Shown: positions 12,760 to 25,600, counted from the first letter of the stretch. The stretch: 64,000 nucleotides of DNA from Guillardia theta CCMP2712 (GCF_000315625.1 NW_005434673.1:1190799-1254798), one strand, 5' to 3'. Made by a program: numbers and translations. Notes: generated from the sequence alone by a model not told the origin.

Positions 12760-13590
12760 ATGACTCTCAGATATGCTCCGATCCCCGACTCCGGTCGTAC
12801 TAACTTAAGGCTACTACCTACCGTAGTAGGTGACTCTCAAATTTCGGAGGAACCGAGCCGTGAGGACAGCTGCAAAAAAAAAAGCCGCAGAAACTTGAAA
12901 TTGATATACCAGATATCATCGAGTCAGGGTGGCACGGCGCTGGGAGCCTCATGCCGGGCCGGGCCACTGACCCCGGCCGGGTGAACCGTCTGACCAGTCC
13001 GGTCACTGCCCGGGCCAACTTAGTAGCCTACCGTAACTAGTACGCCGCCCCCCCAACGTCACGGTGACGGTGATCGGACGACCGTCCGGTGCGGCCCGGC
13101 CCGGCCGGGCCGCGGCCGCCGGGCCGCCGCCGGGCCGCCGCACTGCCGCGGCCGCACTAGGCGGCGGCGCCCGGCCGAGTGACTCCGACGCTCAGTGAGC
13201 GGCGGCTTTACTCAAAGTTAAGTTGAAAATCAGTGACGAGTCGGAGGACAATCAGGACTCGGAGTCTTCCGTAGAGGAGGCTTCAAGTTACCCCTGGACA
13301 GTACGGTCTGAGTGACTGACCATCGTGACTGTCGCACAGGCCGTACGGCGAGAAGACTCCCGGCTCCCGAAAGGTCGGAGCCTGAGACAGCGCGGCGAGA
13401 ACCAACCCTCATCATGCCTGCCGACTGCTGACGGCCCCCCCGAAACTTAACTGCCATGATACTTTCACAGTGACTTAATCGCGGCGCGCACTGGCAGGAC
13501 CATTCCCCCGCGCCATGCGGCCAGCGATGTCGCGGCGCTGTGCGGCCACCTCGACTGAGCGGGCAGCCACGCCGCCGGCCAACGGTCCGG
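12760..13590. repeat. GC-rich palindrome-mosaic island
   Basis: CCGGCCGGGCCGCGGCC runs, ACTAGT, AACTTAAG, GTGACTG words. Confidence 0.65.
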
Positions 13591-13753
13591 GTTCCCCCAG
13601 TAGTATGATTTTATTTTGAAGTTTAGCAAGGATTTAAAAGCAAGATGATGCAAACCGAGCATCAAGAACAAGACTTCTATCATGATTCTGAGAAGTTTGA
13701 AAAACGAGCACTGCCGCGGCCCGCACGGTTGCAACCGCTCCGGGTAATGGCCT

Positions 13754-15133
13754 TTAGTCACTATCGTCGCGACGATATCCTCGGCCGCCGCCACCCCTGC
13801 CGCCCCTGCCGCCCCTGCCGCCCCTGCCGCCTCGTCCGCCTCTCCCACCACCTGAAAATGATTACAATTCCTCTGGTCGAACGATGGTTCAGGATAAGTC
13901 TATACCACGTCCACGGAAACCGCCACGTCCTCCGCCGTAGTCATTTCCTGCGGTATGATCAGTTCCTTTCTAATCCAGGTTTTGAGACAGATGCGCTCAG
14001 AATTGTGACAAAAAATACCTGGTTGACTGCAGTCACGAGATATGTGCCCTTCTTCGCCGCAACGAAAGCACTTTCTGTCTCCTCCTCCACCACCACCACC
14101 TCCTCCTCCTCCTTCCGGACATGCCTAATCAATAGCAAAGGCTCACAAAGCATGGGATTTAGTGTAGAAAATACCCGAGAAATATGCCCAAACTTTCCGC
14201 ACTATGCATAGGAGACAGACTGTGAGATATGAACTGATGATAGCAGTAGGAACCTGATAACACTTCCTGTCGTCTTTCCCTCCAGATTCCGGGCAATCGC
14301 GTGAGATATGCCCTTCTTGATTGCATCGGAAACATTTTATGGATCCGCCTGTCAAGAAACTTCAGGGGAATACAAAAAAATTTGCTTTTGAGAGTACGAT
14401 CGCGCTGATTTCCATCGGACCGACTCTGATCATCGTGTTCATCATCATGTCTGTTGGATTTGTTCGATTTGGACTTGCTTATGCCCATGGATGCCTATGC
14501 TGAACGTTGGTATATCTCTAACACACGAAAGCTGGCAGGGAAAATGAATCGACTAAATCACCTTCTTCTTGGCTGGACCATCATCTGAAATTCTTTCAGC
14601 AAACGAAGGAAATCTATGGAAACCCTTCAATTACCTTCGGAATCATCTTCCCCAGATCCAGATCCTTGCATATCCAATTCATCATCGTCGCTATTGTCGT
14701 CACTTTCAGCATTTTTCTTCTTGGTCTTTTTGGGGCCTTTGCCCTTTTTCTTTCCTTGATCGCTCTCTGACGAAGACATATCATTGTCAGAACCTCCTTC
14801 ATCGTCGTCGTCGTCGTCGTCGCCACCGCTAGTTACAAAATGTCAATGGAGCAAGATATGACGCCAATACAGTTCCAATGATTCTCACCTTACATCGTCA
14901 TCATCTTCATCGTCGTCGTCACTATCAGCTTTTTTGGGCCTGCCCAATCCACCCCTCAATCGCAGGCCCAACACGCTACCACGCAATGCTGTCGGAGCAA
15001 GTCTGTTCGTACGCGACAGATGGAGGGGCTGAAAGTCTTGGCTTATGCTTCCTGCAACGACGATAAAGAGCAACAAGATGGTAAGGGGGACAAGCGCCCC
15101 CCGCCGCATCCTTCCCGCTCCTGCCGGTGCCAT
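13754..15133 (-). CDS. CCHC zinc-knuckle / RGG RNA-binding protein (CNBP-like) with signal peptide plus LRLRGG leader and acidic tracts
   Basis: CFRCNQEGHISRDC, CYQ|CGKFGHISR, CFRCGEEGHISRDC; C-terminal RGG repeats ending GGGGRGYRRDDSD*; N-terminal LVPLTILLLFIVVAGS...LRLRGG. Confidence 0.8.
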
Positions 15134-16460
15134 GGGACGGATCTTCTCTGTTATGCCGCAGGTAAACGGAACAGCAGGGTAGGTAGTGTGACATCTCACG
15201 TGGGGTGGTGCAGCCCGTGAATGATTTTGAGGGGGTAGGGGTACTATATTCTCAATGAATAGATAGAACCAGATCTCGTATATCATAATTGTAATCATAT
15301 AAAAAAAGGTACAAGTACCCCCACTTGTATCCAGTCGAAGGATTTGGATCAAACATTGGGTAGGGTACTCACTTTATGGGTAGGTAGAACGAAGCTTGGT
15401 GGGGGTCTGTGCGAGGGAATGCAGGGGAGCAAGTGTACCAGGAGGTTCAACAACATATTATTGTTAGTTTTATATTATTTCGTTTTTTAAGGCTAATCAC
15501 TCAAAATATTCCTTCAACTTTGGCAATTTTCTCTTTTCAGTTGAAAATCTTCATTGTGTAGCCTATTTCTTTAAAATCGAGCATATCAATAACAATTTAA
15601 ATTGTATTAGGCTGCTGAGGGTTTCAAAGGCTCTGTACCAACAACACAGCCATTCCGGTACAATTTAAAAATATTATTTTTATTATTTTTTTTAATAAAA
15701 AATCAAGATAGAAAGTTAAAAATCAGATTCGCCTCAGTTCAGAATGTAGCAAATTGGAAAAGACAGCAGCATCATATGGAAAGGGGTACTTCTAGCCATG
15801 ATTTCCTTGTTTTGGGTGGGGTGGTCATGGTCACATCCCTTGCTTGCAGCTTCTTTTTCTACCCCTACCCCTCGATACCCTTTAAAGAACCCCCACGGAT
15901 TACATTTATCAAGATTCGACATGGGTGGGTAAGATACAACAGGGGTGGGTACTCTATGACCCCTGTGTAACACCTTCTAAGACCTTTAATGTGGGGGAAA
16001 GGGGGTCAGGGGTACGACTTGGTGGTTCGATGCAAAGGGTGGGTCAAGGAAGTAATGCACATCTTAGTATGTGTAAGGGAAGAAGCTTCGCTCTAACAAG
16101 TGTAGCTGTATTGGCCCAGTCTTGGAGTGTAAGTGGGTAATGAGAGGAGGGAAAGAGCCAAGGAAGCATTATTCCGATGAGGAATGAGTGGTGGTTCAAC
16201 ACCAAGGTAGTTAAGACAAGGAGAGGTGGTCAAGATATGGAGCTATAGGGAAAGATCATTTTCGGAGGTGATGTAAATCGAAGTCGCGGCAATTTTTGTA
16301 GTGATAGCAAGCCTCAAGCATAATGTTCTATGTGCCATGCGGTTCTCTAACACATGATTTTATTGGTGAAGGATTCCATGTGAACAATTGCAGTTTATCA
16401 TGGTTCTCGTCAAGTGATGTCTCTATCGACATGTTGTGATCGTGTGTTGTTCACATTGAC

Positions 16461-18555
16461 ATGCAGAATGGTACTATCGACCCTAGCTTCTCCAACAGCA
16501 TCTCAAACATGAGCATGAATCTGCCTCCAATGTCGTCGCAGGGGATGCCCACCAACCAGGCCGCCCATCAAAACATTAACAATCGGGACATGCAAGGCAT
16601 TTCTCCTGTGCAAGTTTCACGAAACGTACAGAGACAAGGAGATGCAGCCAATGCTCCTCCACATGGATCGTTCGGATTTGGAGCGGAAGGGATACCGACG
16701 ATCAGCCATGCAGGACATGGCATGAGCTTCGCTCTCCCATCTGTGACGAGTGAGAGCGTGGCAGCCCTCGCTGCTCAGGCTACCATGTTGGCAGCTCAGC
16801 TCCGAGAGTACGAGGCAAGAGCTGCTCTGGCTGCTCTACATGTCCTCCCCGGCTCCTCCCAGCAGGCAGAATGTCAACCTAACAATGCTGCTTACCCGGC
16901 TTCGCAGCAATATTCCAGTGCGATTGCACAGGAGAGCCGTGCTTGTCAGCTACCGCAGAACACCTTCCCCATGGCGCATGCTCATCGAGGACAAGTGGAT
17001 CCAGCAGGCAGGTCGAGTGGGGGGTTTCCTTCTTGGCAAGGTACGGCGAAAGCGGTTGTATGTCCTGCGGTGATCGGTAGTGCTTTTCGTTCAGGGTCAG
17101 GAGGGGGTGCGCCTGGTGTAAATATGATGGAGTTCGAGACTGCGGAGATGAAGATGGGAAAGCAGTCACTGGACATAAGAAAGAAGAATGACAGAGACAA
17201 AAAGCGGCGAAAGTGAGAAAATCCCGAACAAATCTCTGTTTCTGTATTCACCAGATTGCAGGCGAGGAAGGATAGGAGATTTGCTTCGGAAGGTTTTATA
17301 TCTTTTGCAATCTTTCTTATCGAGCACTGACAGATTCTCTACTTGTAGCTTGACTCGTGTTTGCCGCCGGTAGAGGGGACGAGACAAGTGATCTTTGATC
17401 TGCAAAGAAAGTATATGCCTTGACCAAATGATTGACCAGAGGTCGATCAACGAAGTTTTGAGGGATGCAACAGAAGCTGTACGACAGAACCGGGGAGGAG
17501 CCAAGGTACCAAAGACCTGTCTGAGAAAACATTTCCTTATCTCGACATGCTCAACAGGAAAAAGACAACTACATGTTTTTGAAGCCTGGTGCCTTACCTG
17601 CCGGTGTTATTCGCGACGGTCTACTGTCGATCAAGGTGATCTTGGGTGATGATCACTCGCCTTTACTATTGACATTGTTCCGAACTTGTCTGCCCCTACC
17701 ATGGTTGTTCTCTTCGTGGCCCTACTTTGCATTCTGAAATCTCTGTTTCACCTCCCCCTTCCTCACTTGGTGTCATCATCGTCCACCAACCTCCAACCGC
17801 TCTTCTGACTTGTGAGATCAGGAGACTGGAATCGCAATCATCGACAACAATTTCACCATCCTAAATGCTAACGAGGCTCTCCTCAGCCTCATCGGCTGCT
17901 CCTCGGAAGAAACCTGCGACTCCGCCATGCACAATTCACCAGCCAACCAGCAGCAGCCACAAGTGGGTGTTGTCGGGAATTCAATCCACTCTTTCGTTCA
18001 TCATAGGTACGTATGCATGTTGCGGCTCGCCTTCCATCGTTGTCAGGAGATGAATTTGTTTACAGCGATGTACATTATCTACAGCTAGCGATCCAGCATG
18101 TGACAGAAGCTACTTACTTGAATGAGGGACTGAGAAGGTGGGGGGGGAGCGCGTGCCGGTCATGTACTGACAGGAGGAGGAAGATACGTGATCTCCCTCC
18201 GATTTCAGAAACGAGCGACGGGCTGCTGCCAGGCAGACAAACTGAAAGAGAGCAATCGGAACATTTCGAGCAAGCAAACCAAGATCTACGAACTGCGACC
18301 TGTCGAGGTTTCCGTTGGTTTCTGACGAGGAGGTCGCACTCACGCATGTGTTGTTTCAACTGCACTGGCAGATTGTCCCGTGTGGAGGGCCCTTGTTTGG
18401 TCGGAACTTTGTGATGTTTGTACTTCCAGTGGCAAAAGACAAGACGTGAGCGTTGAAGCTTTGTCGGTCCTCGCTCGGTGATGAGAGATGAATGCAGAGC
18501 GGACGACATCCTGGATGCCCTGGAACGATTAGCGTACAACATGGGTGAATTATGA
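16461..18555 (+). CDS. bHLH-PAS-like transcription factor (ends approximate)
   Basis: Splicing of short exons gives RKKNDRDKKRRKRGRIGDLLRKLDSCLPPVEGTRQRSINEVLRDATEAVRQ (basic-HLH); ETGIAIIDNNFTILNANEALLSLIGCSSEE is a typical PAS-domain start. Confidence 0.6.
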
Positions 18556-20239
18556 ACCTCGAAGCCGCAAGGTTGTGACGCTCGCCGGTGCGAACATGAC
18601 AGAGGTTGCGGACAAGTCGTTTCTGCCCCTGGAGATGGCAGATGAGGTGGGAAAGTTTGGTGTTGCCGTCATTGTTACAAGCGTCTTGCTGTCGGGACGA
18701 GAGTGACGGTGGCGAGCAGGTCGATTTCAATGGGGCGCACAAAGTCTGCAAGATCCATGAGGACCTTGATCCTTTCCTCGTCCTCGTCCGGATGGCGGAA
18801 CAGGTTCTGCTGTTGTCTCGTTGCTCGTCAAGACTCTGAGAGCTGTAAAACTAGGACAACGAACTTCTCAATGTGTTCGAGTCGGAGCTTGAAGGGCATG
18901 ATCTGGTTGCTACCCCTCTTCCACTGATCGCCCTCCTTTCTCCTTGCCCTCTCTGCCGTCATTCTCGTCCTTCCCCTATCTCCTCTCGTAATCGCATCTT
19001 TCAGTTCTCTGCGAATCTCATGAAAGAGCTCCGACTGTGCGTGCCCAAACGGACACACTCGAGCGAAGTCTTCAGCGACGTCGTCTTGGAGGTGACACTC
19101 GGCATGGCGCAGCGATTAGGGGCCACTGACAGGACTCGAGGTCTCATCCTACGTGAAAGACAAAATCCAGACTCAAATTCGCCGGAAAGGGGACCAGATC
19201 TTGATCCAAACCTTGATGGGGAGATGTGTGCTCTTTAGCGTTAACTTCGTCAAAGTCGGAGACGAAGTTCTTGTCAGGCCGCTCCACACCTTCACCGACA
19301 TGTCTGAGGCCAAGTAGTCCTGCCATTGCTCCCCTCCCTCCGATCTAACGGCTCGCTCTCCAGGCTCAGCAACAACATGCATAACCAGCTGGGTTCGCCG
19401 GGACGTGTGAGGCTGCTTGCGACCGGAGAGGTGTGGATCTCAGTGAACAGCGCGCTTCCTATCTCTACGCCTGGGCTAAACATGTGAGTAGTGGAGTAGG
19501 GAAGAGAGAATGAGGAGGTCTGGCTGACGGGGATGTAGAGCATGGATCAGCATGAACGGCATCATCTCGCGGGCTGGAAATGATCTGATCTCGATAAGGA
19601 GATATCCTATCTACAACAATGAGACATTCTCTCAGAGCAGAACGTGAAATTCAATCTGATGTGTTTCTCCTCTGACTGCAGTACAGGTATCGGCGATCTG
19701 CAAAGCCTGGTAACGAAACCACAGCATCTCTCCTCCTCCCGTTCCTCTCACTCCTCGCACTTCGCTTCATTTTCGGTTCCTTCTCGCTCATCTCTGCTCA
19801 GAGCAAGTCGCCCTTGGAAACTGCGAGTCGATCTGCCACCTCCTGTCGCTCTACAAGGCCTGGGTTTATCACCGCCCCCTCGCTCCTTACGATCTTCCCT
19901 CTCCGGTACGCTCTCGCGCCCTCCGCTCCTCCCTGATAAGTCTCCAGGCGGACAATAGTGAGAACTTGAGCCGGCAGAACAGCTGGGGGTCCTTGTCGGA
20001 CCTGCTCTCATGGCCGCAGAGCGCGCATGGTTCGTTTGTGAACAAAGAATGACGAAGGTGAAGGAGTAGAGTGAAACAAGATGAACATATATATGAAGTG
20101 ATTCCCTGAGCGTTCGCCGTGTTTTCATGCTTTTTTCTCCTCCGACTGCTGCGGAAGAAGGGAGGTCGCATTTTGAGCACACGGCGCAAGCAACGACACT
20201 TTAAGTTGATAGGAAGTAGATTAGAACGGATGAAGTCTC

Positions 20240-21540
20240 TCAGACAAACTCTCTCTGTGACACAGGAGAGGCGTCGCCAAGGAGGTCGTGAGCCCCGAGC
20301 AGCATGAAGCCAACAACAGCCTTGCCGATGACATCCAAGATGCAGTACATGGTGACCTGAAAACATCGTTAAGGAAGATGGAGGCGAGAGATGTAACCAG
20401 ACCTCGAAGGAGACAGAGAAGTTGCCAAAGCCTTCGGAGAAGAGCCAGACAAGAGGGTAGCAAGCAAAAACACCAATGGTGGTCCAGGCCATCTTGGAGT
20501 ACAACTTGGCGAGCTCCTCGCTCTTGCTCTTGCTCGCGTTGTCGTAGGTGCGAGCGAAGTTGAAGATGGCAGCAGCCAGTCCGAAGAGGGAGATCAAGAA
20601 CCACACCCACTTCACTTCCTGAGCGACGGAGATCGATCCCATGTAGGTTGCAGCAACCCACACGACTGTCAACACCAGTCAGCAGCGAGCTGATCAAAAG
20701 CAACGAGTTTGCAAAGAGCATGGTGGACAAGCAACAAGCCATGAGATGAACATCATCGCTCCAAGAGAGGGAGGACATGTGGAGCATCAAACATGCTCTC
20801 TGCTCACCCTGCCCAGCAACAGCATATGCCATGTCGGTGAAATCAGCTCCAGCAACGAGGCCGAGCCAGATGGCGATAACAGGAGCAGTGACAATCCAGT
20901 CGATGTACCTGAACAATGAGCGTCACCACATGCATCGCCTTGTCTCATCTCATACCTGGCGTAGAAGAATTGACGGCATCCATCAGTGACAGTCCAGCCC
21001 TGGCCAGAGAGCATGGCAAAGTCTGCCATGGCTGACCAGAAGCAGAAGAAGATTGCGCAGACATAGAACCTGATTGGAGCAAGGATCAGTTGAAGAACAT
21101 CAAGATGATAGTTCTTCCTCGTTACGAGTTTAGAACATGGTTTCATTCACACTCAGATCATGATAGCGAGATGTCTATGTACATGAGGCCAACAACGTAC
21201 ACAAAACTGACATGTGACACTTATGAAAGTGACAGGCATCATTGTAAAAATACACAAAGTTGCAAGAGATTTGACAGTGATAGGCGATACATCAAATGGT
21301 ATTCACATTTTCACACTATTTCATCACTTTCTGATCACGATGCAGAAACAAACTTTTTGCATTGTCAGCTTGCTTTGGGCCCTCCGTGACTCAACATCTT
21401 GTTTCTTACCTCTTCTGTTCGTGAGAGTTGTGCCCCTTGTAGGCGAAGACAGCAGCACTCACTCCGAGGATGAGGAACGTGATGGTCAGAGCGCCAACCC
21501 CCGTCGACCCGACCTCCTCGATCGTCGCGCACGCTGCCAT
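20240..21540 (-). CDS. Type-1 (microbial) rhodopsin, cryptophyte GtR3-like group; exons 21540-21410, 21069-20956, 20908-20808, 20665-20403, 20356-20240
   Basis: Helix C ARYIDWIVTAP, helix F CYPLVWLFSEG, helix G LDVIGK (retinal Lys); GWTVTDGCRQFFYARY resembles GtR3 as I recall it; all splice phases are consistent. Confidence 0.93.
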
Positions 21541-21998
21541 GATCCCGAAATAGCTTGACTTGCTCTCCTCGCGCCCGAAATAGCCCAGACCGCGAAAGCT
21601 GGGTGACCGCTAAGTTCCACCCGCCGGCCTGCCCGGGCCGCCGCCGGCCAGCCCGCCGGCCCGGGGCGGGCGTGACTCGTGACGTGACCTCTGGGTGACC
21701 TGGGGCGGGGTGACCGGATTCCGAAGTTCAGGAGGCTGGGCTCAGCGTACGGTCCGGGACTACACGAAACCAGAATTGAGCCTGGAGGACATGAGAGGTA
21801 GACTGTATGTTAGGATTTGAAACCCAAGCCGCCCCGATCGGACAATGGCGATGAGGAGACCTTAGCAAGACGGCTAGCCTATTAGGAAGGCCCCCCGGTG
21901 CTGAGTCATCCCACATGCTACTACATGGCTGCCTCAGTGCCCGGCAATGGAAAAATTCACTCGCCCGGCCGGCGCGCCGCGGCGTCGGGCGCGCCGCC

Positions 21999-22488
21999 TG
22001 TAAGAACTCAGGTTCTGACAAACCTCTCAGAAGTTCTTTAAGACGCGATAAGTTCAAGGGATGCGTCTAATCAGGTTGTGAACCAAGTGAAGCCTGCAGG
22101 TCCAAGCTAGTGGGCTGGAGCTTAGTCTGTGACTTAGAAGATCCGGTTGGTTGGAGCCTGGGGAAGCTGAGGCGGCGCCGGAGGAATCAAGAGGCGCCGG
22201 ATGTCGAAGAGGCAGCACTCGTACAGTGGTGGAAGTAAGGCGGTGGTGTGTGAAGGGAAGCTGTTTGGTTGGTCTTGCTGCTACGAGTGTTGGGAATAAA
22301 GTGCTGGGGATTGTTGGGAAGTTGATCTGAGTTATCTGAGGTGTTTGGTTGGCTGTGAAAGTCATTGGTGTCTTCGTGCGCACATCATCTGTGAGTCTTG
22401 GTCTTTGGACTTATCAGTCAGCTGTTGAGCTGTTCTACTAGTCATTCATCTGTGCACAGACTCTAGGAGTCAGGAATTGATTCCAATA
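21999..22488 (+). repeat. 5' LTR
   Basis: TGTAAGAACTC...GATTCCAATA; only 3 mismatches seen against the 3' LTR. Confidence 0.95.
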
Positions 22489-22699
22489 CAAAAAGAAAAT
22501 TTTCTTTTTGTATTCACGAACAAAGGAATACAAAAAGACTCTACGATAAGATTCCAAGGACAGCCGAGTTTAAGGGCTCTTGGTCTTTGTGCGTCGAATT
22601 GACAACGAGTTTGAAGGCTCTTTAAGGCTCCTGGGTGTTGTACTGTACGCTGTTACTCATTTTTTTTGGAACGGTATTGGTAACTCCAAGTTGACGATC

Positions 22700-25600
22700 A
22701 TGAGCATGCCAGATCTGCAAGAGGAGTTGAAACGAAGCCATGGTGATGTTCAGGTCGACAAGCTGAAGCATGGGAAGGTTACCTCCAAGGAAAAACTCGA
22801 GGACCTGTTCCTTCCTTTCTCAGGTGCCATGAGTCGTTTTCGTCCGAATCTTGGGGCTTGTTTCTTAAAACTGTTGGACTTGTTTCCGATTGACGAGACT
22901 GGATCGTTTGTTGGAGAATTTCATGAAATGTGGGAGTCGTCTCCAGAAGGTCTAGAAAAATTCTCTTCGCTGGAGTGGAAGATTCAGGTCACGGCGTTGT
23001 TTCTGCATGCTGGGTACATTTGGAAGAATGGGAAGAAATTCAAGGATGCTCTTGAGAAGTTTAAGAAGTTGCGAGGAAAATTCGAGGAGGCAATCGCAGC
23101 CAGCGAGGATGTGATTGATGGTGCTTCAGAGGATGGAGAGATGGGTAATCCACTCGATACATCTGTGGTTTTCTCTCCACACAAGTACCAAATATCACCG
23201 AGGTTGTTCAGATCCTCAGCTGATCGACAGGAGGTGGAAGTCTTATTTGAAGATATTGCTGAGAGTGGCAGATGTCAGGAGGAGGCAACTATCCTTTGGC
23301 ATTCTTCAAAACTTTGGCACTGGTACGCTGGAATGTAAAGCAACGAAGTGGAGCTGAGCTTATCGAGCTTACTGAGGACGAAGGGAGAGATCAGCTCAGA
23401 GCGCTAGCGAAACAGCCACTTGAGTCTGAAGAAGCCTTCTGGAGGAACGTGGACAAAATCAAGCTACTGTTTAAGAATCTCAAGGATAGTATTCAAGGTG
23501 TTGTGGGGGCACACCAAAGGATGGGGCCGTTAGAGATCCAGATCGCTGAACTCTTGCATGCCAGGTGTAAAGAATCGACTTGTGAATCGTTGCAGTCATT
23601 GGCATTGAATAGAGAATTGCGAAATTGGAAGAAGAGTAATATGAGACCAGAAAAGATTTCTCTCGACGAAATATTCCACTGGGGGCGCATCTTAAAAACT
23701 AGAAGCAAGACGACTACGACCGTGACGCCCGCGATGGATGCGAAGGGAGACGTGTCAGTGGTGAATATCACTGTGGCAAGTGAACCGATGGTACCGAATG
23801 AACCGCAGGCTGTCGGAGAAGTTGCAGTGGGCAAGAAGAGATCCTCGGGGTCAGGCGAAAATAGTGGTCAAGCGGATTCGGGAGAGAATTCTCACGTCGA
23901 TCCCAAATGGTATGGTAATTACCCAGTTCGTGGGAGTATACCTCCATCATATCCCCAAGGTATCATGTTTCCCAGCCAAGACCCGTTTTTCAATTTCTAT
24001 GCTCAAGGTCAACCCTCTATGTATCCATTTCCTATCCAAGGTCCGGTCGGGAACGTCCCAACGTTTTACCAGGCTTCTGGTCAAGCTCCTTCAGGACCTG
24101 GTAGGGCGGGACAAGATCAGGCGGCGTTTGACCCTAGCTCATACCGTGGTGGTTTCCCTGGCCGCGGAGGCGAGGGGGACGGCGGACCTAACCATACGGG
24201 TTACCGTGGCAGGGGAAGGCGGAATCAGGATGGGTACCATAATGGAGGGAGAGGAAGTTTCAAAGGAGGCTATGGTAGAGGTCAGGGTGGACAGAAAGGA
24301 CATGGAGGCAAAGGTTGGAAGGGTGGTCGAGGTCATGGAAATTTCAATCACAACCACAACTACAATAACAACAACTACAATCAAAATAATGGCAACTACA
24401 AAAATCAGCGGTTTAACCCTCGAGGGGTTGAAAGTGAACAACCGTCATCTGTCTTGCAGAATTTGTTGTCAGGGGGAGTTGTGGACGCTGAAACCACGCG
24501 CAAGATGGGGGAAGCGTTGATTCAGGCAGCTCAACGCATGGCAGCGAATGCTTCTTCAAGTTCACACAGTCACCAGCAGAAGGCTGACGCAGACGGCCAG
24601 CGGAATGAGTCAGAAAAGAAATCTTCTGTTCCTGCAAATCCATTTGAACGCTCATCGGCCCAGAATGCAACGGAATCTGCATCACAGGCTAATCGAAGGC
24701 AAGGAGCGTGGAAAGCAAATTTCACATTTGGTCTCGACTCCACGTCTACCATCGAGGAATTGCAGGAAATTGCATTGCAGGTAAAGGAGAAAGAAGGAGC
24801 TGGAGGCCATACGTTCTTGCTGGACTCTGGTGCTAATATCTCCATGGTCAAGGAAGAGTCTATGTTGTTTGATGTCCAAGCTGGACCTGAATTTCAGGTG
24901 CTTACCGCTGGAGGTACTGTCGTCTGTGATAAGGTTGGAAAATTACGACTGCAACTGGTTTGTCCAACAACTAACACCTGTCTGGACGAGATTATTGTCA
25001 ACGTTCGCGTATGCCCGCTAGTCCCAATATCGTTGCTTAGCTTGGATGATGTTCTTGGGACTGACTACCACATGTTATCACGGGGCTCCAGGAGTGCCCT
25101 AAAGTCTTACATTTGCTCAGAAGATGGTGCATTGAAAATCGATGTATTCCAACGAGATAGGTTGTACTTTTTGCAGACGGTTCTCATGGGAGATGGGAAG
25201 ATTAGTGTGGCGTGCAACAGTACAACCTCTTGCGCTGGTACGAGCAATGGTGATAATTACAGTGGGGGTCCATCAAGTTTAGTGACTCTCAAGCCAGAGG
25301 AGAACATGTGTGAGCAGTCCCGATTGTCAGCTGCGACAGAATCGGCCATCTGGCACCTTCGGCTCGGACATCTGGAAGCAAAGATTCAAAAATTACTAGC
25401 CGATTCGGTGAAGTATATCACGTGACAGCTCTCGTCCTAAGGTACAGAAGATTGTATCTGACAACGGTTCAGAATTCAGCTCTGTGGAGCTGGAGAGCTT
25501 TTTCGTTGATCATGGGATACGACATGACAAAACTCCAGAGTACTCTCAGGTCTACAATGCGTTCGCTGAACGTGGAATCAGAAGCGTAATGTCCATTCAT

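Noticed and set aside
18400-20010. Possible minus-strand multi-exon gene (similar fragments at 1-884, 32590-33340, 54860-55270, 58430-59300, 63240-63960)
   Set aside because: Exon-like pieces are present but I could not build a reliable model or recognise a domain.
20240-21540. Rhodopsin as a channelrhodopsin or enzyme-rhodopsin
   Set aside because: Short 7-TM protein with no C-terminal extension, no Cys/Asp gate pair and no helix-B glutamates; pump/sensory-type scaffold.
16461-21540. bHLH-PAS plus rhodopsin as a light-signalling gene cluster
   Set aside because: Proximity alone is weak evidence in a gene-dense eukaryotic genome.
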